A DNA stretch of 64,000 bases from an uncultured Acidobacteriota bacterium (GTDB taxonomy: Bacteria > Acidobacteriota > Vicinamibacteria > Vicinamibacterales > Fen-181): assembly GCA_963727765.1 (NCBI GenBank), contig CAVSGZ010000010.1:64346-128345 (forward strand), written 5' to 3'. The position numbers and the translations under genes are program-made. Below the pieces are notes generated by a model, which saw nothing but the letters and a program-made list of their open reading frames with translations, was not told where the DNA came from and ran no database searches. Of the stretch, positions 18,717 to 27,598 are shown one piece after another; positions within the stretch are counted from its first letter, which is position 1; every line of letters starts with the position of its first letter.

Positions 18717-19768
18717 GCGAGTCGAAACTCGTCGAACCCTCGTGCCCGGTGCCGATTGGGCAGTACGAGCAAGTGCTGATGGCCCACGGCGGCGGCGGCC
18801 GGCTGATGCATCAACTGCTCGAGCGCGTGTTCCTGCCGGCGTTCGCCAACCCGGCGCTCGCGGCGGGCCACGACGCCTCGGTGATCGAAGCCGGTGCGGC
18901 GCGCGTCGCCTTCACGACCGACTCCTACGTCGTCCAGCCGCTGTTCTTCCCGGGCGGCACGATCGGCACGCTCGCGGTCAACGGCACGGTCAACGATCTC
19001 GCGATGGCCGGCGCACGGCCGCTCGGTCTGAGCGCGGGGTTCATCATCGAGGAAGGGCTGCCCCTCCAGACGCTGGAGCGCGTCGTGTCGTCGATGCAGG
19101 CCGCGGCGCGCGAGGTCGGCGTCGCCATCGTGACGGGCGACACGAAGGTCGTCGACCGCGGCAAGGGCGACGGCGTGTTCGTCAACACGTCGGGCATCGG
19201 CCTGGTGGAGCACGCTCTCGCGATCCTGCCGGCCAGCGTCCGGCCAGGCGATGCGGTCATTCTGAGCGGGGACGTCGGCCGCCACGGGATGGCGATCATG
19301 GCGGCGCGGGAAGGGCTGCGGTTCGAGAGCGCGATCGAGAGCGACTGCGCCCCGCTGTGGGCGCCGGTGCGCGATCTGCTGGCCTCGGGCGTCGAGGTGC
19401 ACTGCCTCCGGGACCTCACGCGCGGGGGCCTGGTCAGCGCGCTCAACGAGATTGCCGGCGGCGCGGGCGTCGGGATCACGATCGACGAGCGGAAGGTCGG
19501 TGTGAGGGAGGACGTGCGGGGCGCGTGCGAGATCCTGGGGTTCGACCCAATGTACGTGGCGAACGAGGGACGGTTTGTCGCGTTCGTGCCGGCGGCCGAC
19601 GCGGGGCGGGCGGTGGAGGCGCTGCGCCGGCATCCCGTGAGCGCCGAGGCGGGAATCATCGGGAACGTGCGCGCGGAGGGCGCGGGCGTCGTGCTCGTGC
19701 GCAGCCTGCTGGGGTCCACGCGCGTGCTCGACATGCTCAGCGGCGAACAGCTGCCGCGAATCTGTTAG
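18713..19768 (+). CDS. hypE: [NiFe]-hydrogenase maturation protein HypE
   Basis: PurM-like fold ending in the HypE C-terminal motif PRIC. ATG 18713 overlaps the hypD stop (ATGA). Confidence 0.9.
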
Positions 19769-19780
19769 GATCCAGCCACC

Positions 19781-19987
19781 ATGATCTGGTCATTCGAGCG
19801 CCGCGGCGAGCGGCTGTCGTGCGAGATCCGTCGCGACGTCGACGAGCAGCACTACGAGTTCGTCGTCCGCCATCCCGACGGAGCGGAGGAGCGGGAACGG
19901 TACGAGGATCCGTCCGAGGTGATCGCCCGCTCGGTCGACGTCATGCGCCGCCTGATCGAGGACGGCTGGCGATCACCCTCGGCGTAG
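19781..19987 (+). CDS. Small hypothetical protein (68 aa) directly downstream of hypE
   Basis: Starts 12 nt after hypE with GC-rich third positions and a charged, non-repetitive sequence. I recognise no family. Confidence 0.4.
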   Translation: MIWSFERRGERLSCEIRRDVDEQHYEFVVRHPDGAEERERYEDPSEVIARSVDVMRRLIEDGWRSPSA

Positions 19988-19991
19988 CCCG

Positions 19992-20573
19992 CTACTTGCC
20001 GAAGTCCACCTTCGGTACCGCCTTCGCCTCGTCCGGGGCCTTGAAGAACGGGTATTCCTTGAAGCCGAACATGCTGCCCGTGAGGTTCGACGGGAACGAC
20101 CGCCGCAGCGTGTTGTAGGCCTGCACCTTCTCGTTGTACCGCATCCGCTCGACGGCGATCCGGTTCTCCGTGCCGGACAGTTCGTCCATCAGCCGCGCGA
20201 ACTGCTGGTCGGCCTTCAGGTTCGGGTAGTTCTCGACGATGAGCAGCAGGCGCGCCAGTGCGGACGACTGCTCGTTGGCCGCGGCGATCTTCTCGTCTGG
20301 CGTCTTCGCCCCCGCCAGCTTCGCCCTCGAGTTGGCGATCGCCTCGAACACCCCCGACTCGTGCGCCGCATAGCCCTTGACGGTGTTCACCAGGTTCGGG
20401 ATCAGGTCGTTGCGGCGCTGCAGCTGATTGTCCACCTGCGCCCACTGCGCCTTGATCCCCTCCTCCTGGCCGACGAACTTGTTGTAGGAGCAGCCGGACA
20501 GGGCGAGGGCGCTCAGGCCCATCCACGCCACCAGGGCAATCCGCCCAATGCTCGAAGCCTTCATCATTCGCAT
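19992..20573 (-). CDS. lemA: LemA family lipoprotein
   Basis: Lipobox LALSGC and LemA-type sequence (QLQRRNDLIPNLV...ENYPNLKA...RYNE). Confidence 0.85.
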   Translation of the reverse strand: MRMMKASSIGRIALVAWMGLSALALSGCSYNKFVGQEEGIKAQWAQVDNQLQRRNDLIPNLVNTVKGYAAHESGVFEAIANSRAKLAGAKTPDEKIAAANEQSSALARLLLIVENYPNLKADQQFARLMDELSGTENRIAVERMRYNEKVQAYNTLRRSFPSNLTGSMFGFKEYPFFKAPDEAKAVPKVDFGK

Positions 20574-20594
20574 CGTCGTCTCCTCCGCGTGGGC

Positions 20595-21437
20595 TTACCA
20601 GCCCGCGCCGCCGCCTCCGCCTCCGCTGCCCCCGCCGCCGAAGCCGCCAAACCCTCCGCCGAACCCGCCCCCGCCGCCGCCGAAGCCACCACCGAACGAC
20701 CCGATGCCGCTCGTCCAGCCGCCGCCGCCCCACCCGCGCCGGTAGCCGCCCAACGGGGACCTTGGCCCGCCGCCGACGGCGGCGCCCACGATTCTCATGA
20801 CGATGATCACCACCATCAGCACGATCACGAACCAGGGAGTTCCGCTTCCGCGCCGGGGCGAGGGCGCCGGCCTCGGGACGTCCTGGAGCGTGACGTGGCG
20901 GCCTTCGGCGATCCGCCCGATGAGCCTCGTGACGCCGGCGGCGAGCCCCTCGCCATATGCGCCCCGCTGAAAGGCCGGGACCATGAACTCGCGGCTGGTC
21001 TCGCCGGAGAACCCGTCAGTGACGAACTCCTCGAGCCCGTATCCAACCTCGACCCACACTCTCCGGTCGCGGACCGCGAGCAGGACCAGCAGGCCGTTGT
21101 CTTGACCCTTCTGCCCGATCCCCTGGCCGTGATTCTCGAACAGCTTGACGGCGTACTCGCGGATGTCAGCGTAGGGCGCAAAGGTCGGGACCGTGACCAC
21201 CACGACGGCGTCGCCGGTTGCCGCCTGCAGCGCGCGGATTGCGCGGTCCATCGAGGCCGCGCTCGCGGAGTCGATCACGCCGCCGAAGTCGTTGACTGGC
21301 TGCGTGAGCGTCGGCAGATCGCCCTGCGCGTCCGCCGCAAGGCTGGGGCTCCCGCCAACGGCCCAGACCAGCGCAAGCGCCAGCAGCGTGGCCAGCCGCC
21401 AGCGGGTCCGGTGGGGTCGAGGTCCTACCGTGCCCAT
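20595..21437 (-). CDS. TPM-domain protein (YgcG-like) with TM segment and Gly-rich tail
   Basis: Signal peptide, TPM-type core (VNDFGGVID...VVVVTVP...GLLVLLAVRDRRVWVEVGYG), a TM helix, and a GGFGGGG tail. Start set at ATG 21437. Confidence 0.8.
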   Translation of the reverse strand: MGTVGPRPHRTRWRLATLLALALVWAVGGSPSLAADAQGDLPTLTQPVNDFGGVIDSASAASMDRAIRALQAATGDAVVVVTVPTFAPYADIREYAVKLFENHGQGIGQKGQDNGLLVLLAVRDRRVWVEVGYGLEEFVTDGFSGETSREFMVPAFQRGAYGEGLAAGVTRLIGRIAEGRHVTLQDVPRPAPSPRRGSGTPWFVIVLMVVIIVMRIVGAAVGGGPRSPLGGYRRGWGGGGWTSGIGSFGGGFGGGGGGFGGGFGGFGGGGSGGGGGGAGW

Positions 21438-22171
21438 TCGTCCACCAGCGCCACCAGCCGCCCGACGGCCTGGAGGTAGCCCGGGAAGAACGCGCCCACG
21501 TCGAGGTCGTTGAAGCGCTCGGAGTCCTGGTGGCTGACAACCGGCCGAAGCGAGTCGGCCGGCAGCCCGAGCCGCTCGCCGGCGAAGTGGAGCAGCGCGT
21601 CGGGCGTCCGGGCGTTCACGCCGTGCAGCCGGGCGATGTTGACGAGCAGGGCCCTCAGCGGGGCGGCCGAGGCCGCGACGAGCCGCGCGAGCGCACCGGG
21701 GTCGCCATCGGTCTGAATAAAGCCCTGGCGCAGGTGCAGCAGGTGGCTGCGCGCCTGCGTTTCGCACGCGCGCCGCAGGTCGGCGTCCGCCACTGTCAGG
21801 CCCGCCAACGGGTCCTCGCCGAACACGACCACATGGCGGGCGATCATCTGGCTGAATTCGAGGGGGAAGGCGTCGAGCGAGTCGCGGAGCTCGCCGGCGC
21901 CGAGCATCAGCGGAATGGCGAGGCCCCGCTTGGCCCAGGCCGCCGACAGCGGCGCCAGGCGGGCCAGGTCCGCGTGCCGCAGCTCGTCGACCACCACGAG
22001 GGTGTGGACGTGCTCGCCGTGCCGCAACTCGCCCTCGTCGGCCGCGGGCGCGTCTCCGAGCACCCCGTGCCCCTCGTAGGCGACGAGCGCACGCAGGCGC
22101 GTTTCGAAAACGGCGCGCAGGTCGGCGAGCAGCCTGTCGACCCTCTCTCGCCAGGAACGGGCGGATACCAT
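21425..22171 (-). CDS. Hypothetical protein (248 aa), first gene of the TPM/LemA operon
   Basis: Coding-like C-terminal part of the long ORF 21425..23911. Start set at ATG 22171 (MVSARSWRER). Family not recognised. Confidence 0.5.
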   Translation of the reverse strand: MVSARSWRERVDRLLADLRAVFETRLRALVAYEGHGVLGDAPAADEGELRHGEHVHTLVVVDELRHADLARLAPLSAAWAKRGLAIPLMLGAGELRDSLDAFPLEFSQMIARHVVVFGEDPLAGLTVADADLRRACETQARSHLLHLRQGFIQTDGDPGALARLVAASAAPLRALLVNIARLHGVNARTPDALLHFAGERLGLPADSLRPVVSHQDSERFNDLDVGAFFPGYLQAVGRLVALVDEWAR

Positions 22172-22240
22172 TGGTCCTCCTCGGCGCGATTCGCCTCCTA
22201 TTCTATACGGGGAGGGGCGAGAGTCCGATACAGAGATAGA

Positions 22241-23224
22241 ATGCCATCTATGCGCCTGCGCGAGATCGAGGTTGGCTGCATCGGCGGCGGTACCGGGCTC
22301 CCGAGCCTGCTCGGCGGCCTGAAGACCAATCCCTGGCTGCGCCTCAACGCCGTCGTTACGATGTTCGACAGCGGCGGCAGCTCGGGGATGCTGCGCGACC
22401 AACTGGGCGTGCTGCCGCCAGGCGATATCCTGAAGTGCGCGCTGGCCCTCGCGCGCAACGAGGCCGAGGCGCGCCGCGTCCTGCTCTCCCGGCTGCCGAC
22501 GCTCGAGCACCAGAAGCTGGCCGGCCACACCGGCGGGAACCTGCTGCTCTCGATGATGGAGCGCCACAGCGGCGATTTCATCGCGGCCATCGACGGCCTG
22601 CGGGCGCTGCTTGGTTGTCGCGGTCGTGTCTGGCCGGCCAGCGTCGAGCAGTCGTCGATCTGCGCCGAGTTCGCCGACCTCTCCCGCACGGCGGGCGAGG
22701 TCGAAGTCGATGCGGGGCAGCGGGAGGGGAAGCAGGTCCGGCGGGTCTGGCTCGACCCGCCGCCCTGCCTGCACGGCCGGGTGGCCGATGCCATCGGGGA
22801 GTTCGAGACCGCGATCATCGGGCCGGGGAGTTTCTTCACCAGCCTGATGCCGCCGCTGCTCGTCGGGGGGATGGCGGAGGCCCTTCGCCGCGTCGAGGGG
22901 CCGATCATCCTGGTAGCCAACCTGCTGACCGAGGGCCGCGGCATGACCGGCTTCACGGCGGCCGACGAGGTGCGCTGGATTGGCGAGGCGATCGGCCGGC
23001 CGGTGGACGTCGTCGTGGTCAACACCGCCACGCCCGACCGAGAGACGCTGGAGCGCTACGATTCCGAGCAGAAACAGCCGCTCGAGATCGGCGAGCTGCC
23101 GGCGACGTGCGAGGTGGTCGAAGGGGCGTTCTGGGACGGGCCGATCGCCCGCCACTCGCGGCGGCGTCTCTCCTACGCCATCTGGAGCGTCATCGCGCGG
23201 CGGCTGCTCGACGCGCGGGGCTGA
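22241..23224 (+). CDS. CofD/YvcK family protein (2-phospho-L-lactate transferase-like / gluconeogenesis factor family)
   Basis: GCIGGGTGLPSLLGGLK N-terminal motif and family-like length. Start set at ATG 22241. Confidence 0.75.
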   Translation: MPSMRLREIEVGCIGGGTGLPSLLGGLKTNPWLRLNAVVTMFDSGGSSGMLRDQLGVLPPGDILKCALALARNEAEARRVLLSRLPTLEHQKLAGHTGGNLLLSMMERHSGDFIAAIDGLRALLGCRGRVWPASVEQSSICAEFADLSRTAGEVEVDAGQREGKQVRRVWLDPPPCLHGRVADAIGEFETAIIGPGSFFTSLMPPLLVGGMAEALRRVEGPIILVANLLTEGRGMTGFTAADEVRWIGEAIGRPVDVVVVNTATPDRETLERYDSEQKQPLEIGELPATCEVVEGAFWDGPIARHSRRRLSYAIWSVIARRLLDARG

Positions 23225-23241
23225 GCAGGGACGAGGGGCGC

Positions 23242-23961
23242 CTACGCCACCCACGCGCGGACCGTGTCCGCGAGCTCGAGGAGGCTCCTCAGCACGACGC
23301 AGCGCGATCCGAGGCCGGACGGCAGCTTCTCCTCCTCGTGCGCCCAGCTCAGCGCGGCTGGCACGTGCACGGCCGAACCGCCCAGGCCGAGCACCGGAAC
23401 AACGTCCGAGCGCGGCGAGTTGCCGACCATGAGGAACCGGCCGGGCTCGACGCCGAGGCGAGAGAGGATCCCGCGGTAGACGTCCGGCGTCTTGTGGCTC
23501 ACGACCTCGACGTGACGGAAATGCCGCGCCAACCCCGAGCGTTCGAGCTTGCTGCGCTGGTGCAACAGATCGCCCTTGGTGATCAGGGCGAGCGGATATT
23601 CGCCCGAGAGCGCCTCCAACGCCTCCCGCGCTCCCTCGAAAAGTTCGACGTCCGAGGCCAGCATCGCCTTGGCGACCTCCAACAACTCGGCGATGTCGCG
23701 GCCGGCGATCCGCCCGTCGGTCAGCCGGATGGCGGTCTCGATGAGCGACAGCACGAAGCTGCTGACGCCGTAGCCGTAGTACTGGATGTTCTGGAGTTCC
23801 GTCCGGTTGATGGCGTCGGTGAGATCCTCCTGCTCGAGGGCGACGCCACTGCGCGCGAGCATCTGCCCGAAGCGACCCCGCGCCTCGACGTAGTCGCGCT
23901 CGTTGTGCCACAACGTGTCGTCGCCGTCGATCCCGATGAGGTCGAAACGCCGCTCACCCAT
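23242..23961 (-). CDS. HAD-superfamily hydrolase
   Basis: DxD motif IGIDGDDTLW and a downstream HAD motif (MVGNSPRSD). Confidence 0.7.
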   Translation of the reverse strand: MGERRFDLIGIDGDDTLWHNERDYVEARGRFGQMLARSGVALEQEDLTDAINRTELQNIQYYGYGVSSFVLSLIETAIRLTDGRIAGRDIAELLEVAKAMLASDVELFEGAREALEALSGEYPLALITKGDLLHQRSKLERSGLARHFRHVEVVSHKTPDVYRGILSRLGVEPGRFLMVGNSPRSDVVPVLGLGGSAVHVPAALSWAHEEEKLPSGLGSRCVVLRSLLELADTVRAWVA

Positions 23962-24003
23962 GGCAGTTAGTGTACTGCGCCAGGGAAGGCCTCGTGTCAG
24001 GCG

Positions 24004-25842
24004 TCACTCGAGCGCGAGCAGGACGTCCCCCCGGTTGACATTGTCGCCCACCTCGAACGCCAGGCTGGCCACCTTGCCGTCGCGCGGTGCGGGCAGCGCG
24101 TTCTGCATCTTCATCGCTTCGATGAGGACCACCGGGTCACCCGCCTTCACGACGTCCCCGACGGCCACCATGTAGCGGAGCACCAGGCCAGGCATCGGCG
24201 CCCGAATCACCGAATCCGAGTCCACCGGTTCGACCGCAGCCTCGGTGGGCGCCGCGCCGGCTTCTGCGCCTGCCGCGTCCGGCTCGACTTCGACGCGGAA
24301 CACCTCGGTGCCCACTTTCACCGTGAAGTGCCGGGGCGCCGGTGCACCTGAAGTGGCTGAATCCGCTGTGCCCGCCGAGCCGGCCTCCACCAGCTTCCCC
24401 TTGCGCGCCCTGGCGACCATCTCCTCCTCGCGCTTCACGTCCTCCAGCGTCCGCGGCCTGGTTTCGGGCGGCGGCGTCTCGACGCCGTATTTCCACTTGA
24501 GGAAGCGCAAACCGGTGGTGGGGTAGAGCGCGTAGCACAGCACGTCGCCGATGTCCCGCGCGAGGCCCTTGGTTTCGGCCTCGGCCTTCTCGAGTTCCGG
24601 CGGCAGCAGGTCGGCCGCGCGGCCAGTGAATGGCTCGGCGCCGCGCTCGTAGCCCGCCAGCGCGAGCTTTCTGACCTCAGGATCGACGGAAGCCGGCGGC
24701 TGGCCGTAGAGGCCGTAGCAGTAGTCCTTCACCTCGTTCGAGATCATCTTGTAGCGGCCGAACAGCACGTTGAGCACCGCCTGGGTGCCGACGATCTGGC
24801 TGGTCGGCGTCACGAGCGGCGGATAGCCCAGCTCGCGGCGCGTCCTCGGAAGCTCCTCGTAGACCTCCGCCAGCCGGTCGAGCGCGCCGGCCTGGCGAAG
24901 CTGCGCGACCATGTTGCTGAACATCCCGCCGGGGATCTGGTGCGTGAGCACGCCGGTGTCGATGCCTGACAGCTTGGTGTCGTCGAGGAACTCGCGGTAC
25001 TTCGGAGCGATCCGCTCGAAGTGCTCGCCGAGCTCGAGCAGGAGGGCGATGTCGAGGCCGGTGTCGCGCGGGCGGCCGGCGAGCGCCGCGACGATTGGCT
25101 CGACGGCGGCGTGCGACGTGCGCAGCGCGAACGGCGCCAGGCAGGTGTCGATGATGTCCGCGCCGGCGTCGATCGCCCGCAGCAGCGTCATGTAGGCCAT
25201 CCCGCTCGTGAAGTGCGTGTGCAGCACAACCGGGATCGACAGCTCCTTCTTCAGCCGTCCGACCAGCGCCGCCGCGTCGTCTGGCGCGAGCAGGCCGGCC
25301 ATGTCCTTGATGCACAGGCTGTCGGCGCCCATGCGCTCGAGCGAGCGCGCCTTGGCGACGAAGTAGTCGAGCGTGAACACCGGCCCGCCAAGCGACCGCT
25401 CGGTCACCGAGTAGCTGATGGCTCCCTGGACGTGCTTGCCGGCCTTCTTGATCGCCTTGAACGCGGTCACGAAGTTGCGCTCGTCGTTGAGGGCGTCGAA
25501 GACGCGGAAGACGTCGATGCCGCACTCGGCAGCATGGGCCACGAACGCCTCGACGACGTCGTCGGCGTAGTTGCGGTAGCCGACGAGATTCTGGCCGCGG
25601 AGCAGCATCTGCAGCCGGACGTCCGGCATCAGGCGCTTGAAAATGCGGACGCGCTCCCACGGATCCTCGTTGAGGAAGCGCGTCATCACGTCGAAGGTGG
25701 CGCCGCCCCAGACCTCCATCGACCAGAAGCCGGCCGTGTTCATCTTCGGGGCGATGGCGGCCAGGTCGTCGGTCCTGACGCGCGTGGCGAGCAGCGACTG
25801 GTGGCCGTCGCGGAAAGTGAGGTCGGTGATGAGCAGGCGCAT
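24004..25842 (-). CDS. Oxaloacetate decarboxylase alpha / pyruvate carboxylase subunit B-type carboxyltransferase with biotinyl domain
   Basis: N-terminal TDLTFRDGHQSL (HMGL-like carboxyltransferase) and a C-terminal biotin attachment site, EAMKMQN. Confidence 0.85.
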   Translation of the reverse strand: MRLLITDLTFRDGHQSLLATRVRTDDLAAIAPKMNTAGFWSMEVWGGATFDVMTRFLNEDPWERVRIFKRLMPDVRLQMLLRGQNLVGYRNYADDVVEAFVAHAAECGIDVFRVFDALNDERNFVTAFKAIKKAGKHVQGAISYSVTERSLGGPVFTLDYFVAKARSLERMGADSLCIKDMAGLLAPDDAAALVGRLKKELSIPVVLHTHFTSGMAYMTLLRAIDAGADIIDTCLAPFALRTSHAAVEPIVAALAGRPRDTGLDIALLLELGEHFERIAPKYREFLDDTKLSGIDTGVLTHQIPGGMFSNMVAQLRQAGALDRLAEVYEELPRTRRELGYPPLVTPTSQIVGTQAVLNVLFGRYKMISNEVKDYCYGLYGQPPASVDPEVRKLALAGYERGAEPFTGRAADLLPPELEKAEAETKGLARDIGDVLCYALYPTTGLRFLKWKYGVETPPPETRPRTLEDVKREEEMVARARKGKLVEAGSAGTADSATSGAPAPRHFTVKVGTEVFRVEVEPDAAGAEAGAAPTEAAVEPVDSDSVIRAPMPGLVLRYMVAVGDVVKAGDPVVLIEAMKMQNALPAPRDGKVASLAFEVGDNVNRGDVLLALE

Positions 25843-25890
25843 GTCGAGGAGGATACCATTGGGAGCCGACCGTGGGTATCATCTGACGAC

Positions 25891-27132
25891 ATGACGACCG
25901 ACCGACCGCTCGCCTGGTACCGTGACGCGCCGCCGGAAGCCCGGCGGGCGCTCGGCGCCGCCTGCCTGGGCTGGATGCTCGACTCGTTCGACGTCAACCT
26001 CTACGCCCTGGTGCTCGCGGCGGTGATGGCCGACCTCGGGTTCGCCAAGTCGATGGCCGGGCTGATCGGATCCTTCACGCTCGTGGCCGCCGCCGTCGGC
26101 GGAATCCTGTTCGGCTTGGCCGCTGACCGGTTCGGCCGGACACGTGCGCTCATCGGCAGCATCCTCATCTACTCGGTGTTCACGGGCGCGTGCGGCTTCG
26201 CGCAGTCCGCCGGGCAGCTCCTCGTGTTCCGCGCGCTGCTCGGGATCGGCATGGGAGGGGAGTGGGCGAGTGGTGCGGCGCTCGTCTCGGAGACCTGGCC
26301 GGCCGAGCACCGCGGCAAGGCACTGGGGATCGTCCAGAGCTCGTGGGCGGTCGGCTACGCGGCCGCGGCCATCGTCACGCAACTGGTGCTGCCGCACTGG
26401 GGCTGGCGCGCCGTTTTCTTCGTGGGCGTGCTGCCGGCTCTGGCGACCGCGTGGGTGCTGAAGCGGGTGGAGGAGCCTCACGTCTGGCAGGCGGCGCGGG
26501 CGCGGGGCGAGATGCGGAAGCCGTCGGGCGCTCTGGCCGACCTGTTCAAGGGGCCGATGCTGCGGCTCACCGTCTTCGTCACGCTGATGAACGCGTGCAC
26601 GCTCTACGGCTACTGGGCGTTCACGCAGTGGGTGCCCGCGTACCTCGAACTGTCGCCGGCCCGCGGCGGCCTCGGGCTCGGCTCGTACAAGACGCTGCTG
26701 CTCGTCGCGATGAACGTCGGGATGTGGTTCGGCTACGTCACCTTCGGCCTGGTGAGCGACCGCGTCGGGCGCAAGCGCACCTACGTCACCTACGTGCTGG
26801 CCGCTGCCTTCTTCGTGATGGCGTACGCCTCGCTGCGCTCGCCGTGGGCGCTGCTCATGCTGGGGCCGTTTGTCGGGTTCTTCGGCGCTGGCTACTTCAG
26901 CGGGTTCGGGGCCGTCACGGCCGAGATCTACCCGACGAAGATCCGCGCGACCGCGCAGGGGTTCACCTACAACCTCGGGCGGATCGCCAGCGCGACGGCG
27001 CCGTGGACGGCGGGATCGCTGGCGGACTCGCACGGCTTCGGCGCCGCGTTCGCCACGGCGTCGGCTGCGTTCGTGTTGGCCGCGGTGGCCTGGATCTGGA
27101 TCCCGGAGACCAAGGGGCGGGTGATCGAGTAG
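25891..27132 (+). CDS. MFS transporter
   Basis: About 12 hydrophobic segments and the MFS loop motif GLAADRFGRTR. Start set at ATG 25891. Confidence 0.8.
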   Translation: MTTDRPLAWYRDAPPEARRALGAACLGWMLDSFDVNLYALVLAAVMADLGFAKSMAGLIGSFTLVAAAVGGILFGLAADRFGRTRALIGSILIYSVFTGACGFAQSAGQLLVFRALLGIGMGGEWASGAALVSETWPAEHRGKALGIVQSSWAVGYAAAAIVTQLVLPHWGWRAVFFVGVLPALATAWVLKRVEEPHVWQAARARGEMRKPSGALADLFKGPMLRLTVFVTLMNACTLYGYWAFTQWVPAYLELSPARGGLGLGSYKTLLLVAMNVGMWFGYVTFGLVSDRVGRKRTYVTYVLAAAFFVMAYASLRSPWALLMLGPFVGFFGAGYFSGFGAVTAEIYPTKIRATAQGFTYNLGRIASATAPWTAGSLADSHGFGAAFATASAAFVLAAVAWIWIPETKGRVIE

Positions 27133-27247
27133 CGGGCGCTGGGTCTGGTGAGATTCGCGCCGGCCGATAGCCGAGAACCGGCGATCGTCCACGACTGCCA
27201 CCAAACTGGCCAAATACAGGGCCGCAAGTCGAGTAGCAGCGGACCGG

Positions 27248-27445
27248 TCAGTCTTGCAGCCACTCGGGCGGCGGCTGCGGGCCGAGACGAATCCCTGCGA
27301 TATCCGGATCTTCACCGCCGGCCGCGACGTCGGGCGTGGCCGCACGGCGTGTGCTGGCCTCGGCACGGCGAGCCTGCTTCTCCTGCTGCTTGGTCCGCTT
27401 GGCCTTCTCTCGCTCGCGCTTGACGATGCTGGGTTTCGGTTTCAT
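27248..27445 (-). CDS. Small basic hypothetical protein (65 aa)
   Basis: ATG ORF with GC-rich third positions and a Lys/Arg-rich N-terminal half. No family recognised. Confidence 0.35.
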   Translation of the reverse strand: MKPKPSIVKREREKAKRTKQQEKQARRAEASTRRAATPDVAAGGEDPDIAGIRLGPQPPPEWLQD

Positions 27446-27598
27446 GGTCGACTCCCGCTGGCGGGCGTGCCACGAGCACGCGTCTCCACGCCTCGCGCAC
27501 CTGCGCCTCCGCCTGATGTCGGTCAGGTGTCCAGCTATTGTATCTGAGTGGGATGGGCGGCGACCAGCCGTTCGGCCGCGAGGGCGGGTTCGCGCCGC

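Noticed and set aside
20595-20740. GC-rich GGN/CCN repeat tract that resembles a non-coding repeat
   Set aside because: It is in frame with the TPM-domain gene and encodes its Gly-rich C-terminal tail (GGFGGGGGGFGGGFGG), a common feature of YgcG-like proteins.
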